From contig CAVTNR010000019.1 in assembly GCA_963736115.1 (NCBI GenBank), positions 1 through 64,000 of the forward strand: DNA of 64,000 bases, read 5' to 3'. Numbering within the stretch: position 1 is the first letter of the stretch; each line of letters begins with the position of its first letter. Below the pieces are notes generated by a model. That model made no database searches. It was not told where the DNA came from and saw only the letters and a list, made by a program, of their open reading frames with translations. Positions 29,374-40,928 of this stretch are shown piece by piece. The stretch is from an uncultured bacterium. GTDB taxonomy: Bacteria > Zhuqueibacterota > QNDG01 > DTFT01. Both the position numbers and the translations under genes were made by a program.

Positions 29374-30429
29374 ATGATGAAAATCGCCCTGGATGCCATG
29401 GGAGGAGACCGCGCGCCGCACGACATCGTGTCCGGCGGGATCCTGGCTGCCCGTGCATCCAAGGGCAGATACGAGGTCGTTCTGGTCGGGGACGAGAAGA
29501 CCGTACGGGCGGAGCTGGACAAGCACCGTTTCATCCGGGATCTCCCGATTTCAGTCGTGCATGCGAGCCAGACCGTGGACATGGACGAGCCTCCGGCGCA
29601 GGCCATGCGCCAGAAGCCCGATTCCTCCATTGCCGTGGCCGTGAAACTGCACAAGGAGGGCCAGGTCAGCGGCGTGGTCAGCGCCGGGAACACAGGCGCC
29701 ATGCTGGCGGCCAGCCTGTTCACGCTCAGAACCATCGACGGGATTATACGGCCGGCGATCGGGGCTTTTCTGCCGCGCGGCCGGGGCGATGTCACGCTGC
29801 TCATCGACAGCGGCGCCAATGTCGACTGCAAGCCCGTGCACCTGCTCCAATTCGGCATCATGGGGTCGATCCTGATGAATCTGCTCTTCGAAATCGAAGA
29901 GCCCAAAGTCGGACTGCTGAGCGTGGGAGAGGAGCCGACCAAGGGGAATGACACGGTGGTCGAGGCGCACAGCCTTCTGGCTTCGGGTCCCATCCGCTTC
30001 ATCGGCAATGTCGAGGGCCGCGATGTGCTTCGGGACAAGGCCGATGTGGTGGTGTGCGACGGGTTCACCGGGAATGTGCTTGTCAAATTCGCCGGCGGCC
30101 TGGCCAAAGTGCTGTCCTCGACGCTGAAGCAGAAAATCGGAGGCAATATCGCGGGAAGGGCAGGGGCCTTTCTCATGCGGCACAAGTTCCGAAAGTTCAT
30201 CAAGGTGTTCGATTCTCAGGAGTACGGGGGGGCCCCGCTGCTGGGCGTGAAGGGGACGGTCATCATCTCCCACGGAAGCTCCACCCCCTATGCCATACGC
30301 AACGCCGTGGAGGAGGCCTACAAGCTCGCGCAGAAGGGCATCCCCCAGCGCATTGAGGCGCAGATCAAGCAGTTGAAAGACCCCGCCGCCCGCTTCGCGG
30401 GACCAAGCAATTATGTGCCTTCTGGTTGA
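29374..30429 (+). CDS. plsX: Phosphate acyltransferase
   Basis: IALDAMGGD, SAGNTGA, GNVEGRD, DGFTGN, GGAPLLG, HGSS. Confidence 0.96.
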   Translation: MMKIALDAMGGDRAPHDIVSGGILAARASKGRYEVVLVGDEKTVRAELDKHRFIRDLPISVVHASQTVDMDEPPAQAMRQKPDSSIAVAVKLHKEGQVSGVVSAGNTGAMLAASLFTLRTIDGIIRPAIGAFLPRGRGDVTLLIDSGANVDCKPVHLLQFGIMGSILMNLLFEIEEPKVGLLSVGEEPTKGNDTVVEAHSLLASGPIRFIGNVEGRDVLRDKADVVVCDGFTGNVLVKFAGGLAKVLSSTLKQKIGGNIAGRAGAFLMRHKFRKFIKVFDSQEYGGAPLLGVKGTVIISHGSSTPYAIRNAVEEAYKLAQKGIPQRIEAQIKQLKDPAARFAGPSNYVPSG

Positions 30430-30484
30430 AGGCAGGCAGTGGGGTATCAAAAGGAATATAAATGATGGGCGCCGCGGGCGGCGG

Positions 30485-30600
30485 TGAATCTGATCGCTCG
30501 CGCATTCCCCGCCGCTTTCGGCGGGGTAAGCGAGCGAATATCAAATATTTTCTTCACTGCAGATAGAAGATCCCCCGCGGCTTGCCGCGGGGAGCTTCAA
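30485..30600. mobile_element. Non-autonomous IS200/IS605-like palindromic element (PATE-like, family B)
   Basis: Two GC hairpins; ends TGAATCTG... and ...GGGGAGCTTCAA; near-identical to the reverse complement of 47703-47780. Confidence 0.65.
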
Positions 30601-30698
30601 TACGACCCGTCGGAGCGGCCAGAAGCCTGCGCTGGCATCATCCAAGGAAAACAGCACTCGGGAACAAAGGCTTCAGGCCGCCCGATTGAAAGGATAGA

Positions 30699-31694
30699 AT
30701 GCATTCTCCCGTTCAGCCGGGGTCGATGATCGCAGGGCTCGGAACCGCGGTTCCGGAAAGGGTCCTGACGAATTTCGACCTCGAGAAAATGGTAGAGACT
30801 TCCGACCAGTGGATCCGGGAACGTTCCGGGATCGAAAGGCGCCATATTCTCGGCGCGGATGAAAACAATTCCGATCTTGCGACGGCCGCGGCGAAGCGGG
30901 CGCTCGACGAGGCCGGCCTGGGGCCGGAGGATGTCGAGTGCATCGTGCTCGCGACCATCACGCAGGAGTACCCCTTTCCGGCCACGGCCTGTCTGGTTCA
31001 GGCCAAGCTCGGCGCGACGCAGGCCGCGGCGTTCGACCTGTCGGCCGCCTGTTCCGGATTTGTGTACGCGCTCCAGCTCGGGGACAGCATGATCCGGTCG
31101 GGCGTCTATAAAAACGTTCTCGTCATCGGGTCCGAGGCTTTGTCGCGGGTCACGGACTGGCAGAACCGGTCCACCTGCGTACTCTTCGGAGACGGCGCCG
31201 GAGCGGTTGTCCTCGTCCCCTCGGACGGGAAACGAGGCATCCTCTCGACCTACGCAAAAAGCGACGGCCGTCTCACCGAACTGCTCTGGATCCCGGCGGG
31301 CGGCACCGCCCGGCCGGCTTCCCATGAGACCGTGGACCAGCGCCTCCACTTCATTCAGATGGAGGGCCGCGAGGTATTCAAGCATGCGGTCCGCACCATG
31401 ACCGACGCGGCGAAAAAGGCGGTCAAACTCGCCCGCCTGGAATTCACCGACATCGATTGGCTGATTCCCCACCAGGCCAATATCCGCATCATCGAGGCGA
31501 TCGCCGAGCGCGTGCACATTCCGCGCGAGCGCATCGTCGTCAACCTGCAGGAATACGGCAACACATCTTCGGCCTCCATCCCGCTCGCCATGGACGAGGC
31601 GAGGCGGGACGGCCGCATCCAGCCCGGGCACAAGTGCCTGCTCATCGCCTTCGGCGGCGGCTTCACCTGGGCCTCCTCCGTGGTCGTTCTTTAG
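30699..31694 (+). CDS. fabH: 3-oxoacyl-ACP synthase III
   Basis: AACSGF, LFGDGAGA, PHQAN, GNTSSAS. Confidence 0.96.
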   Translation: MHSPVQPGSMIAGLGTAVPERVLTNFDLEKMVETSDQWIRERSGIERRHILGADENNSDLATAAAKRALDEAGLGPEDVECIVLATITQEYPFPATACLVQAKLGATQAAAFDLSAACSGFVYALQLGDSMIRSGVYKNVLVIGSEALSRVTDWQNRSTCVLFGDGAGAVVLVPSDGKRGILSTYAKSDGRLTELLWIPAGGTARPASHETVDQRLHFIQMEGREVFKHAVRTMTDAAKKAVKLARLEFTDIDWLIPHQANIRIIEAIAERVHIPRERIVVNLQEYGNTSSASIPLAMDEARRDGRIQPGHKCLLIAFGGGFTWASSVVVL

Positions 31695-31711
31695 GATCGG
31701 AAGGATTCCGG

Positions 31712-32635
31712 ATGCCGAAGATCGGATTTTTATTTCCCGGGCAGGGCTCACAGGCTGTCGGCATGGGCCGCGATTTCGCCGAATCCCTCGATTGGGCCGC
31801 CGGGATGTACCGTCGGGCGGCCGAACACCTGGGCTTCGACCTCGCGGCCGTCTGCTTCGAAGGACCCGAGGAAACGCTGAGACAGACGCGTTACACACAG
31901 CCCGCGCTCATCGTGCACAGCGCGATCGCGGACCGTCTGCTGCGCGAACGCGGCGTGGTTCCGGACGCGGTGGCGGGGCACAGTCTGGGCGAGTATTCGG
32001 CGCTGGTTTCAGCGGGGGTTCTGTCTTTCGACGGTGCGCTCATTCTGGTCCGCGAGCGTTCGCGTCTCATGTCGGAGGCCGGTTCGAAGCGGCCGGGCGC
32101 CATGGCCGCGGTCATCGGACTTTCGCCCGGGGACGTCTCCGATCTTTGCCAGAAAGCCTCCGGAGCGGGCATTGTTCAGCCGGCCAATTTCAATTCGCCC
32201 GAACAGACTGTGATCTCGGGAACCCGCGAGGGCGTGCGGGCCGCGGCTGAAGCGGCGAAGGCGAAGGGCGCCAAAAGGGTGCTGGAACTGCCGGTTTCAG
32301 GCGCTTTTCATTCGCCCCTCATGGAGGAGACCGCCACCGAGTTCGCGCCGGCCGTTGTACGCGCGGCATTCGGCCCGCCTTCCGTGCCCGTGTACACCAA
32401 CGTGGCGGCTTCGGCGGCGCTGGACCCGGAGGCGATCCGGGACATGCTGACCCGGCAGATGACCCATCCGGTCCGCTGGGTCGAAACGATACAGTCCATG
32501 GTCCGGGACGGCATCACGACATTTTACGAGGTGGGACCGGGCAAGGTCCTGGCCGGTCTGGTGAAACGCATCGAACGGGACGCGGAAGTGATTCCCTGCG
32601 GCTCGCTCGCGGACATCGAGGCTGTACGGGTCTGA
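31712..32635 (+). CDS. fabD: Malonyl-CoA:ACP transacylase
   Basis: FPGQGSQ, TQPA, GHSLGEY, GAFHS. Confidence 0.96.
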   Translation: MPKIGFLFPGQGSQAVGMGRDFAESLDWAAGMYRRAAEHLGFDLAAVCFEGPEETLRQTRYTQPALIVHSAIADRLLRERGVVPDAVAGHSLGEYSALVSAGVLSFDGALILVRERSRLMSEAGSKRPGAMAAVIGLSPGDVSDLCQKASGAGIVQPANFNSPEQTVISGTREGVRAAAEAAKAKGAKRVLELPVSGAFHSPLMEETATEFAPAVVRAAFGPPSVPVYTNVAASAALDPEAIRDMLTRQMTHPVRWVETIQSMVRDGITTFYEVGPGKVLAGLVKRIERDAEVIPCGSLADIEAVRV

Positions 32636-32665
32636 GCGGCCCGGCTTCCGGCGGGATCCCGACGA

Positions 32666-32690
32666 GGGAATGCGCTCGCTGACAGATTGA
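32666..32690. repeat. End of PATE-like element (family B)
   Basis: GGGAATGCGCTCGCTGACAGATTGA. Confidence 0.6.
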
Positions 32691-32714
32691 AACACAGGAG
32701 ACGGATTCAGGGAT

Positions 32715-33461
32715 ATGGGCATTTTGACGGGAAAAATCGCGCTGGTGACCGGCGGGGGCCGGGGGATCGGAAAGGCCATTGTTCTCGAGCTTGCTTCGCA
32801 GGGCGCGAATGTGGTGGTTTCGGACATCGACGCGGATATCGCGGAAAAGACCGCGGCCGAGGCGGCCGGGCTCGGCGTCCGGACGGCCGCCGTGAAGGCG
32901 GACGTTTCCCGGGCGGAGGACGCCGAAGCCATGGTGAAGGCAACGATCGAGGCCATGGGCCGTATCGACATTCTGGTGAACAACGCCGGCGTCACGCGGG
33001 ACAACCTGCTGATGCGCATGGACGAGAAGGACTGGGACCTCGTCCTGCAAGTCAATCTCAAGGGCGCTTTTCTCTGCACCCGGGCCGCGAGCCGTCCCAT
33101 GATGAAGCAGCGCGGGGGCAAAATCGTCAACATCGCGTCCGTGGTCGGGCTCATGGGCAACGCAGGCCAGGCCAATTACGCAGCGTCCAAGGCCGGTCTC
33201 ATCGGGCTGACGAAAAGCGTGGCCAGGGAGCTGGCCTCGCGCAACGTGCAGGCCAATGCGGTGGCGCCGGGATACATCGAGACCGAGATGACCGCCCACC
33301 TGCCGGCCGAGGCCAGGAATGCTTTTCTGTCCCAGATTCCCATGAAGCGTCCGGGATCGCCGCAGGACGTGGCCCGGGTCGTCGCCTTTCTGGCGTCCCC
33401 GGCTTCGGATTATATCACCGGCCAGGTGATCCCGGTGGACGGCGGGATGGTGATGGCTTAA
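32715..33461 (+). CDS. fabG: 3-oxoacyl-ACP reductase
   Basis: [25 protein letters not shown]. Confidence 0.96.
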   Translation: MGILTGKIALVTGGGRGIGKAIVLELASQGANVVVSDIDADIAEKTAAEAAGLGVRTAAVKADVSRAEDAEAMVKATIEAMGRIDILVNNAGVTRDNLLMRMDEKDWDLVLQVNLKGAFLCTRAASRPMMKQRGGKIVNIASVVGLMGNAGQANYAASKAGLIGLTKSVARELASRNVQANAVAPGYIETEMTAHLPAEARNAFLSQIPMKRPGSPQDVARVVAFLASPASDYITGQVIPVDGGMVMA

Positions 33462-33559
33462 GCAACAGATGGACGGCGGCGGAACCCGGTCCGGGAACCG
33501 TCCGCCGAAAGGTGAGGAATTCAGGCAAATCGAGCACAAAACAAGGAGGTGCAATCATC

Positions 33560-33802
33560 ATGCTGGACAAAGAGAAATTCAAAGAGATCATCGTGGATCG
33601 TTTGGGCGTGGATCCGAACGAGATCACACCGCAGGCCTCTTTCGTCGACGACCTGGGCGCCGATTCCCTCGATACCGTGGAACTCGTCATGGCGTTTGAG
33701 GAGGAATTCGACATCGAGATTCCCGACGAGGACGCCGAGAAGCTCACGTCCGTGGGCAAGGCCATGGAGTACCTGGAAAAGCGGATGGCCGAGAAGAAGT
33801 AA
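33560..33802 (+). CDS. acpP: Acyl carrier protein
   Basis: [21 protein letters not shown]; AGGAGG RBS. Confidence 0.97.
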   Translation: MLDKEKFKEIIVDRLGVDPNEITPQASFVDDLGADSLDTVELVMAFEEEFDIEIPDEDAEKLTSVGKAMEYLEKRMAEKK

Positions 33803-33947
33803 TCCGCGTTTTTGTGTCCGTTTTTTCCATTTGAAGTGATGACAGGGGCCGTCCGAAGGGTCTTCGGCCGCGCCTCCGCGGCGGTTCGCCGGTTCCGCGG
33901 GGGATGAGGCCTTTCCGGACGGCCCCGAACAGTCGGAGGATGGTGCT

Positions 33948-35192
33948 ATGCGACAACGCCGGGTCGTGGTGACCGGTATGGGCGTGGTGACGCCGATCGG
34001 GAACACGGTCGACGCTTTCTGGAAAGGACTGACCTCAGGCGCGAACGGCGCCGGCCCCCTGACGCGGTTCCCCGTCGAGGGCCACGATACGAAATTCGCG
34101 TGCGAGGTCAAGGGATTCGATGTCTCCGCATGGCTGGACCCGAAGGAGGCGCGGCGGATGGATATATTCGCGCAATACGGGTTCGCCGCCGGATGCCAGG
34201 CCGTGGCCGATTCGGGCCTCGATCCCGCGAATATGGATCCCACACGCGCCGGCGTGATCGTCAGCTCGGGCATCGGCGGCATGTGCACCTACGACACCGA
34301 GCACCGCAAGCTCATCGAGAAGGGGCCCGGCCGGGTCAGCCCCTTTTTCATCCCCATGCTCATCGGCGACATCGTGACCGGGCACTTGTCCATCCGGTTC
34401 GGGTTCCGCGGGCCGAATTACGCGACGGTCTCCGCCTGCGCCTCGGGCGCCCACGGCATCGGGGCCGCGATGATGCACATCGAACGCGGGGACGCCGACG
34501 TGATGGTCGCCGGGGGCAACGAGGCCGTCATCACGCCTATCGCCATAGCCGGCTTCAACAACATGAAGGCGCTGTCCGTGCGGAACGACGACCCCCTGCA
34601 CGCCAGCCGGCCCTTCGACCGGGAGCGGGACGGATTCGTCATGGGCGAGGGCGCGGGCGTCCTGATTCTGGAGGAGCTCGAGCACGCCCGCAGCCGCGGC
34701 GCGCGCATTTACGCGGAGCTCGGCGGCTTCGGGTTCACGGCAGACGCCTATCATATCACCGCGCCGGACGAGAAAGGCACCGGGGCGACGGAGGTCATGC
34801 GGGCGGCCCTCCGGAGCGCGGAGTTGAACCCGGAGGACATCGATTACGTCAACGCCCACGGCACCTCGACGCCGCTGAACGACAAAACGGAAACCCTGGC
34901 CGTGAAGAACGTCTTCGGAGGCCATACGAAGAAGCTCTGGGTCTCGTCGAACAAATCCATGATCGGGCACCTGCTCGGCGCCTCAGGAGCGGTCGAGGCC
35001 GTGGCCACGGTGATGACGCTCGTGCACGGCACAGTGCCGCCGACCATCAATTATTCGGTTCCGGACCCGGAACTGGATCTGGATTACGTTCCCAATACGG
35101 CGCGCGAGCGCAAGGTGCGCGCGGCCATCTCCAACTCGTTCGGCTTCGGCGGGCACAACGCGTGCCTCTGTCTGAAGGCCTGGAACGGGTGA
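33948..35192 (+). CDS. fabF: 3-oxoacyl-ACP synthase II
   Basis: SACASG, NAHGTST, KSMIGHLLGA, NSFGFGGHN. Confidence 0.96.
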   Translation: MRQRRVVVTGMGVVTPIGNTVDAFWKGLTSGANGAGPLTRFPVEGHDTKFACEVKGFDVSAWLDPKEARRMDIFAQYGFAAGCQAVADSGLDPANMDPTRAGVIVSSGIGGMCTYDTEHRKLIEKGPGRVSPFFIPMLIGDIVTGHLSIRFGFRGPNYATVSACASGAHGIGAAMMHIERGDADVMVAGGNEAVITPIAIAGFNNMKALSVRNDDPLHASRPFDRERDGFVMGEGAGVLILEELEHARSRGARIYAELGGFGFTADAYHITAPDEKGTGATEVMRAALRSAELNPEDIDYVNAHGTSTPLNDKTETLAVKNVFGGHTKKLWVSSNKSMIGHLLGASGAVEAVATVMTLVHGTVPPTINYSVPDPELDLDYVPNTARERKVRAAISNSFGFGGHNACLCLKAWNG

Positions 35193-35223
35193 ACCGTCAT
35201 CCCCTAAGCGCATCGGTCCTGAT

Positions 35224-36039
35224 TTGATCCCTCTGATCCGACGCATACGGGCCGCGTTCCGGAAAAAACCGGCCGGCCCGCCGCCCCCGGGCCGCGTCCC
35301 GGACCGGGGACGGAAACCGCCCGCTCCGGCCGTGTTGCAGCGACGCGGCCCCCTGTCCGCATCCGGCCTGGCATCGCGCCTGGAATACCGGTTCCGCGAC
35401 CCCTCGCACCTGGAGCGCGCGCTGTCCCACCGGTCCTGCCTCGCCAAGAACCGCCACACCTCCGCGTCCAACGAGCGGCTCGAATTTCTCGGGGACGCGG
35501 TGCTCGGCCTGCTCATGAGCGAGGAACTGTACCGCCGGTTCCCGGACGGGAGCGAGGGCACTCTGACGCGGGTGAAATCGCACGTCGTGAGCCGCGAGCG
35601 GCTCGCCGAGGAGGCGCTTCGCATCGGACTCGGCGACGCACTCATTCTCGGCCCGGGCGAGGAGCAGTCCGGTGGCCGCAGGAGGCATTCGATTCTCGCG
35701 GACGGGTACGAGGCCCTGCTGGGCGCCATTTATCTGGACGGCGGCATCGAGGCCGCGAGGCGCTTCACGTCGGGCGGGCTTTTCAAACGCATCGGCAAGT
35801 TCATGGACTACAAGCAGCAGCAGAACTACAAGAGCTGGCTGCTCGAGCACGTCCAGGGCGATGGCGGCCGGGCCCCGCTGTACCGGGTGGCGTCCGAGTC
35901 CGGGCCGGACCACGCGAAGGTTTTCACGATCGACGTGGTCGTCCGGTCGCAGGTGGTGGGGTCGGGCAGCGGGAACAGCAAGAAAAGGGCGGAGCAGGCG
36001 GCCGCGAAAAACGCGCTGGAGCGCATGGGCCTTCTGTAG
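35224..36039 (+). CDS. rnc: Ribonuclease III
   Basis: NERLEFLGDAVL, DGYEALLGAIYLDGG, C-terminal dsRBD; start approximate. Confidence 0.93.
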   Translation: MIPLIRRIRAAFRKKPAGPPPPGRVPDRGRKPPAPAVLQRRGPLSASGLASRLEYRFRDPSHLERALSHRSCLAKNRHTSASNERLEFLGDAVLGLLMSEELYRRFPDGSEGTLTRVKSHVVSRERLAEEALRIGLGDALILGPGEEQSGGRRRHSILADGYEALLGAIYLDGGIEAARRFTSGGLFKRIGKFMDYKQQQNYKSWLLEHVQGDGGRAPLYRVASESGPDHAKVFTIDVVVRSQVVGSGSGNSKKRAEQAAAKNALERMGLL

Positions 36040-36127
36040 GTCCGCGGCTTCCGCCGCGCAAATCCCCTCCCGCGCGCTCGCGCCCGAGGGAAGACGGGCA
36101 TCCGAATACAACACAGGAGGCGTTTGA

Positions 36128-37288
<1,161 letters not shown>

Positions 37289-37318
37289 TCCGTTCGGTCT
37301 GAAGGCGCCGGGGTTCAC

Positions 37319-37353
37319 GTGCGACGCACCTTCAGGTGCGTCGCACCTTTTTT
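37319..37353 (+). terminator. Perfect hairpin plus T-tract after acyl-CoA dehydrogenase
   Basis: GTGCGACGCACC-TTCA-GGTGCGTCGCAC-CTTTTTT. Confidence 0.7.
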
Positions 37354-37551
37354 ATCATGCGGATCCGATTGCCGGCGCGGTCACGAACGGAGTTCAGTCC
37401 GGCGTATGAGACAGCCGTTTATTCCTGTTGCCTTTGCCGCCTCTGTTTATTATATTTTTGGAAAATGCGGGGTTCCGGGCCGGACCGGCGCCGGGAATCC
37501 CGGAACGGTTTCCAGTCCGGCACTCCATTATCCTTCGAACGGAAACGACAC

Positions 37552-39117
37552 TTGAAAAAGAAATCCATTCTTCTCATCCTTGTTCCTGTTCTGCTGCACG
37601 GCCAATCCGCGAACCTCCCGTTGGGCCACTGGGCGTACGGATTCATCGAGCGCATGGAGGCGAAGGGCCTGGTCTCGGATTTTCACGCCGGCACCCGGCC
37701 CTACAGCCGAAGCCGGGCGGCCGCGATTGCGGTCGAACTCTCCAGTGCCGCGGCCGCGGATCCCGGTGTGTTGTCGTCCACGGAAGAGGCTTACCTCGAG
37801 CGGTTGAAGGGGGAACTTGCGGACGAGCTCTCGGGGACCGGCGTCAGGATCGAGGCATCCGAGCGGGAGCCGCATCTGGCTTCGTGGCACTGGGAAGATT
37901 CCCGCCTCCATCTCGACGCTCTGGCCGGCGGCGGCGTGTGGCTCCGGTCCGGCGGCGCGGCCGAGGCCGAGCGGCGTGTGGTTCAGCCGTATTACGGCGC
38001 GGCCGCCAGGGGCCGGATCGGGGGCGTCGCATTCTATTCCGACAACCGCATCTTCGCGGAATGGGGGAGCGGACAGTACGGGCAGAATTACGACGCTTCG
38101 CTCGGGTATCCCAGGAACGCGGAACTGGATTCGAGCCGGGCCACCTGGGACAAATCGGAAAGTTATTTCACTCTCGGGATAAGGGGCATCGGATTCGAAT
38201 ACGGAAGGGGCAATACCGCCTGGGGTCCGTGCCCGGACGGCGGACTCATGTTCTCCGGCCTGGCGCCGGCCATGGACATGCTCCGGCTCACATACGACGC
38301 GGGTCCGGTGTTCCTCACGTGGTTCCACGGACAGGTCCGCGGCCAGCCGGACCGCAAATGGGTATCCGGTCACCGCGTCGAGTTTTCGCCGTTCCGGGGC
38401 GCGTCCTTCGGCCTGCATGACGCCGTGGTGTACGCGGACCGCGGGCTCGAGCCCGCTTATCTCAATCCGGTCATGCCCTTCGTGTTTTCCCAGCATTCCC
38501 TGGGCGACCGCGACAATGTGGTTTTCGGCCTGGACGCGGCCTATAGCCGGATCCGCGGCCTGAAGCTGTACGGTGAAATGCTCGTGGATGATTTCACCTC
38601 GCCGTGGGGTCTGTTTTCCGACACCTGGTCGAACAAGATCGCGTTCACGGCAGGCGGCCTGTGGGCGGATCCGGCCGGTGTGCGGGACAGCCAGCTCAGG
38701 CTGGAATACACGCGCATCGATCCATTCGTCTACACCCATCGTTTTCCGTCCAACGTGTTCGAGAATTACGACAGCGGCCTGGGTTCGGACCTTCAGCCGA
38801 ATTCCGACCGTCTGAAGCTCCGATGGGAGCACTGGTTCGGCATTTGCGTGCGGGCCGGAGCGTCCGGGCGTATCGAGCGGCACGGGAACGGCGATCGACG
38901 GACATCGCATACCGAAGCGGACGGGGACGTGAAGCGGTTTCTGAAGGGCACGGTGGAGCGCAAGGCCGCGGCATCCGTCCATATGGAGTTGGAGCCGATG
39001 CGCGATATGGTGTTCCGGCTCGAGGCCGGGAAGGTCGGCGTATGGAACCGCGGACTTGCCGAAGGTTCCGACGCATCCTGGAACGAACTGGTCCTGCGGG
39101 CGGCCTGGAATTGGTGA
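37552..39117 (+). CDS. Capsule assembly Wzi-family outer-membrane protein
   Basis: N-terminal helical region (HWAYGFIERM...RPYSR), WGP...GLMFS, SGHRVE, AYLNP, C-terminal Trp. Confidence 0.7.
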   Translation: MKKKSILLILVPVLLHGQSANLPLGHWAYGFIERMEAKGLVSDFHAGTRPYSRSRAAAIAVELSSAAAADPGVLSSTEEAYLERLKGELADELSGTGVRIEASEREPHLASWHWEDSRLHLDALAGGGVWLRSGGAAEAERRVVQPYYGAAARGRIGGVAFYSDNRIFAEWGSGQYGQNYDASLGYPRNAELDSSRATWDKSESYFTLGIRGIGFEYGRGNTAWGPCPDGGLMFSGLAPAMDMLRLTYDAGPVFLTWFHGQVRGQPDRKWVSGHRVEFSPFRGASFGLHDAVVYADRGLEPAYLNPVMPFVFSQHSLGDRDNVVFGLDAAYSRIRGLKLYGEMLVDDFTSPWGLFSDTWSNKIAFTAGGLWADPAGVRDSQLRLEYTRIDPFVYTHRFPSNVFENYDSGLGSDLQPNSDRLKLRWEHWFGICVRAGASGRIERHGNGDRRTSHTEADGDVKRFLKGTVERKAAASVHMELEPMRDMVFRLEAGKVGVWNRGLAEGSDASWNELVLRAAWNW

Positions 39118-39186
39118 TCGCGGATCTGCGGCGCCGAAGCCGTACGTCGTACGATCACTGGGGATCCGGATAAGGACAACCCATCG

Positions 39187-39915
39187 ATGCGGATTTCACC
39201 CCACATCCACGCTGTGACCGGTCTGGGCTTTATTCCTCCCTGGTCGGTGAACGCGGGATTCATCGTGGGAGCGGAACGGACCCTGGTTGTGGACACCGGG
39301 CCCTCCGCCAACGCGGCCCGGACCATACTGGGGTATGCCCGGGCAGTCCGTCCGTCGAACACCCTCCTCGCGGTCAATACGGAACGCCATACGGATCACA
39401 TGCTCGGCAACGGTTTCTTCCGGGCAAACGGGATAGACGTGTACGGCCATCCTGCCATACACCGGACGGCCGCGGACCTCGCCGCGGAAATCGAGGAGCT
39501 GAACCGCTGCATACCCCAGCCATTCCGCAGGGAGAGAGGCGAGGCGGCCGTGTTCTTCAACGGCACGACCGTCGAGAATCCGAACCGGCCCGTCGAAGCG
39601 GAAACGCTTCTGGATCTCGGCGCCTGTGAGGCGCGGCTCATCCCCACGCCCGGGCATACAGCCTCGAATCTGTCGGTGTTCTGTCCGGCGGACGGCGTCC
39701 TTTTCTCGGGCGACTGTGTGGTCGCGGGTTACGCCCCGAACCTGGACGATCCCGGAATGGACCGGCAGGCCTGGCTGGATTCACTGAACCTTCTGTCCGC
39801 GCTCCATGCGGCCGTGTTGATACCCGGCCACGGCGATGTCCTGACCGGAGACGCGGTGCTGGAGGGCATTGACCGGATGAAGAGGGAGATCGACGATCGT
39901 CTGAACCGGTCGTAA
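39187..39915 (+). CDS. MBL-fold metallo-hydrolase
   Basis: VVDTG, TERHTDHMLGN, PGHT, FSGD, PGHG. Confidence 0.85.
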   Translation: MRISPHIHAVTGLGFIPPWSVNAGFIVGAERTLVVDTGPSANAARTILGYARAVRPSNTLLAVNTERHTDHMLGNGFFRANGIDVYGHPAIHRTAADLAAEIEELNRCIPQPFRRERGEAAVFFNGTTVENPNRPVEAETLLDLGACEARLIPTPGHTASNLSVFCPADGVLFSGDCVVAGYAPNLDDPGMDRQAWLDSLNLLSALHAAVLIPGHGDVLTGDAVLEGIDRMKREIDDRLNRS

Positions 39916-40044
39916 GCGCCGGACACCTTCAAGTTGCCTGGCACCTGCGCCTGGCGTTTAAAAATTCCCTTGAGATCACATCGATTCCTTCGTACATTGT
40001 GGCCGTTGATTTGAAATTATCCGGATCATTGAAAGGAACAAGGA

Positions 40045-40779
40045 ATGCAGGAGAAAGAGCTGGAGCAGACACTGGTGCTCATCAAGCCCGACGCATTGAA
40101 GAACTCTTTGACCGGATACGTGCTTTCGCAATTGTCCGAGTTCCACACCGGCCTGCGCTTCGCGGGAGCGAAAATCGTGCAGGTGAGCAAAATGCTCGCT
40201 GAGGAGCATTATGCCGAGCACCGCGGCAAGTTGTTCTTCCCCGCGCTCCTTGAATACCTCACGGGATGCGTCCACTACCCGGATGCGCCGGCCCTCAGGC
40301 GCGTCGTCGCGTTCGTGTATCAGGGGCCGGGCGCGATCCAGAAGATCCGGGACCTCGCGGGCCCGACCAATCCGCACGTCGCGCGCGAGAAGAAACCCGG
40401 GTGCGTCCGGGCGCTGGGCACCCTGGTACCCCTCAAGTCCACGGACGGACAGACCATCGGCGAGCGCATGGACAACCTGATCCACGCCTCGGCAACGGCG
40501 CCCGAGGCCGAGCGGGAGATCAAGCTGTGGTTCAAGCCCAACGACATACCGCCGCCCATGCGTGAATACAAGTCCGTACAGTGTGATGAGCATTTCTATT
40601 TCAGGGACGGCCGACTGTACCGGAAACACGAAACGGGTTCCGTCTGCCTGCTCGCGCCCGGAGACGCGGTGTGGACCTCGGATCTGGAGGCACTGCACAA
40701 AATCGCCGAAGGCCGTGAGGCGCACTGCACACTGCAGGCCGTTGCCGCGAAGTATCTCATCAATGAGACGAGGGAATAG
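40045..40779 (+). CDS. ndk: Nucleoside diphosphate kinase with C-terminal extension
   Basis: TLVLIKPDA, EEHYAEH.GK.FF, GPTNP, NLIHAS, EAEREIKLWF. Confidence 0.82.
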   Translation: MQEKELEQTLVLIKPDALKNSLTGYVLSQLSEFHTGLRFAGAKIVQVSKMLAEEHYAEHRGKLFFPALLEYLTGCVHYPDAPALRRVVAFVYQGPGAIQKIRDLAGPTNPHVAREKKPGCVRALGTLVPLKSTDGQTIGERMDNLIHASATAPEAEREIKLWFKPNDIPPPMREYKSVQCDEHFYFRDGRLYRKHETGSVCLLAPGDAVWTSDLEALHKIAEGREAHCTLQAVAAKYLINETRE

Positions 40780-40786
40780 AATAACA

Positions 40787-40921
40787 GTTCATGGTTCATA
40801 GTTCATAGTTCATAAAAAAAGCTTCCGGGAATCTGAAATATCCGGGAGCTTTTTCTGTTTTTCTTATGAACCATGAACTATGAACTATGAAATATGAACT
40901 ATGAACTATGAACTATGAACT
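40787..40921. repeat. Inverted heptamer arrays flanking a bidirectional terminator
   Basis: 4x GTTCATR, a hairpin at 40814-40854, then 8x ATGAACT-like. Confidence 0.85.
40814..40854. terminator. Bidirectional intrinsic terminator between convergent genes
   Basis: AAAAAAAGCTTCCGG ... CCGGGAGCTTTTT. Confidence 0.7.
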
Positions 40922-40928
40922 TCTCTCC

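Noticed and set aside
40787-40921. Possible CRISPR array
   Set aside because: Units are 7 nt with no unique spacers and no cas genes; the REP cluster at 57915-58090 alternates orientation and is also not CRISPR
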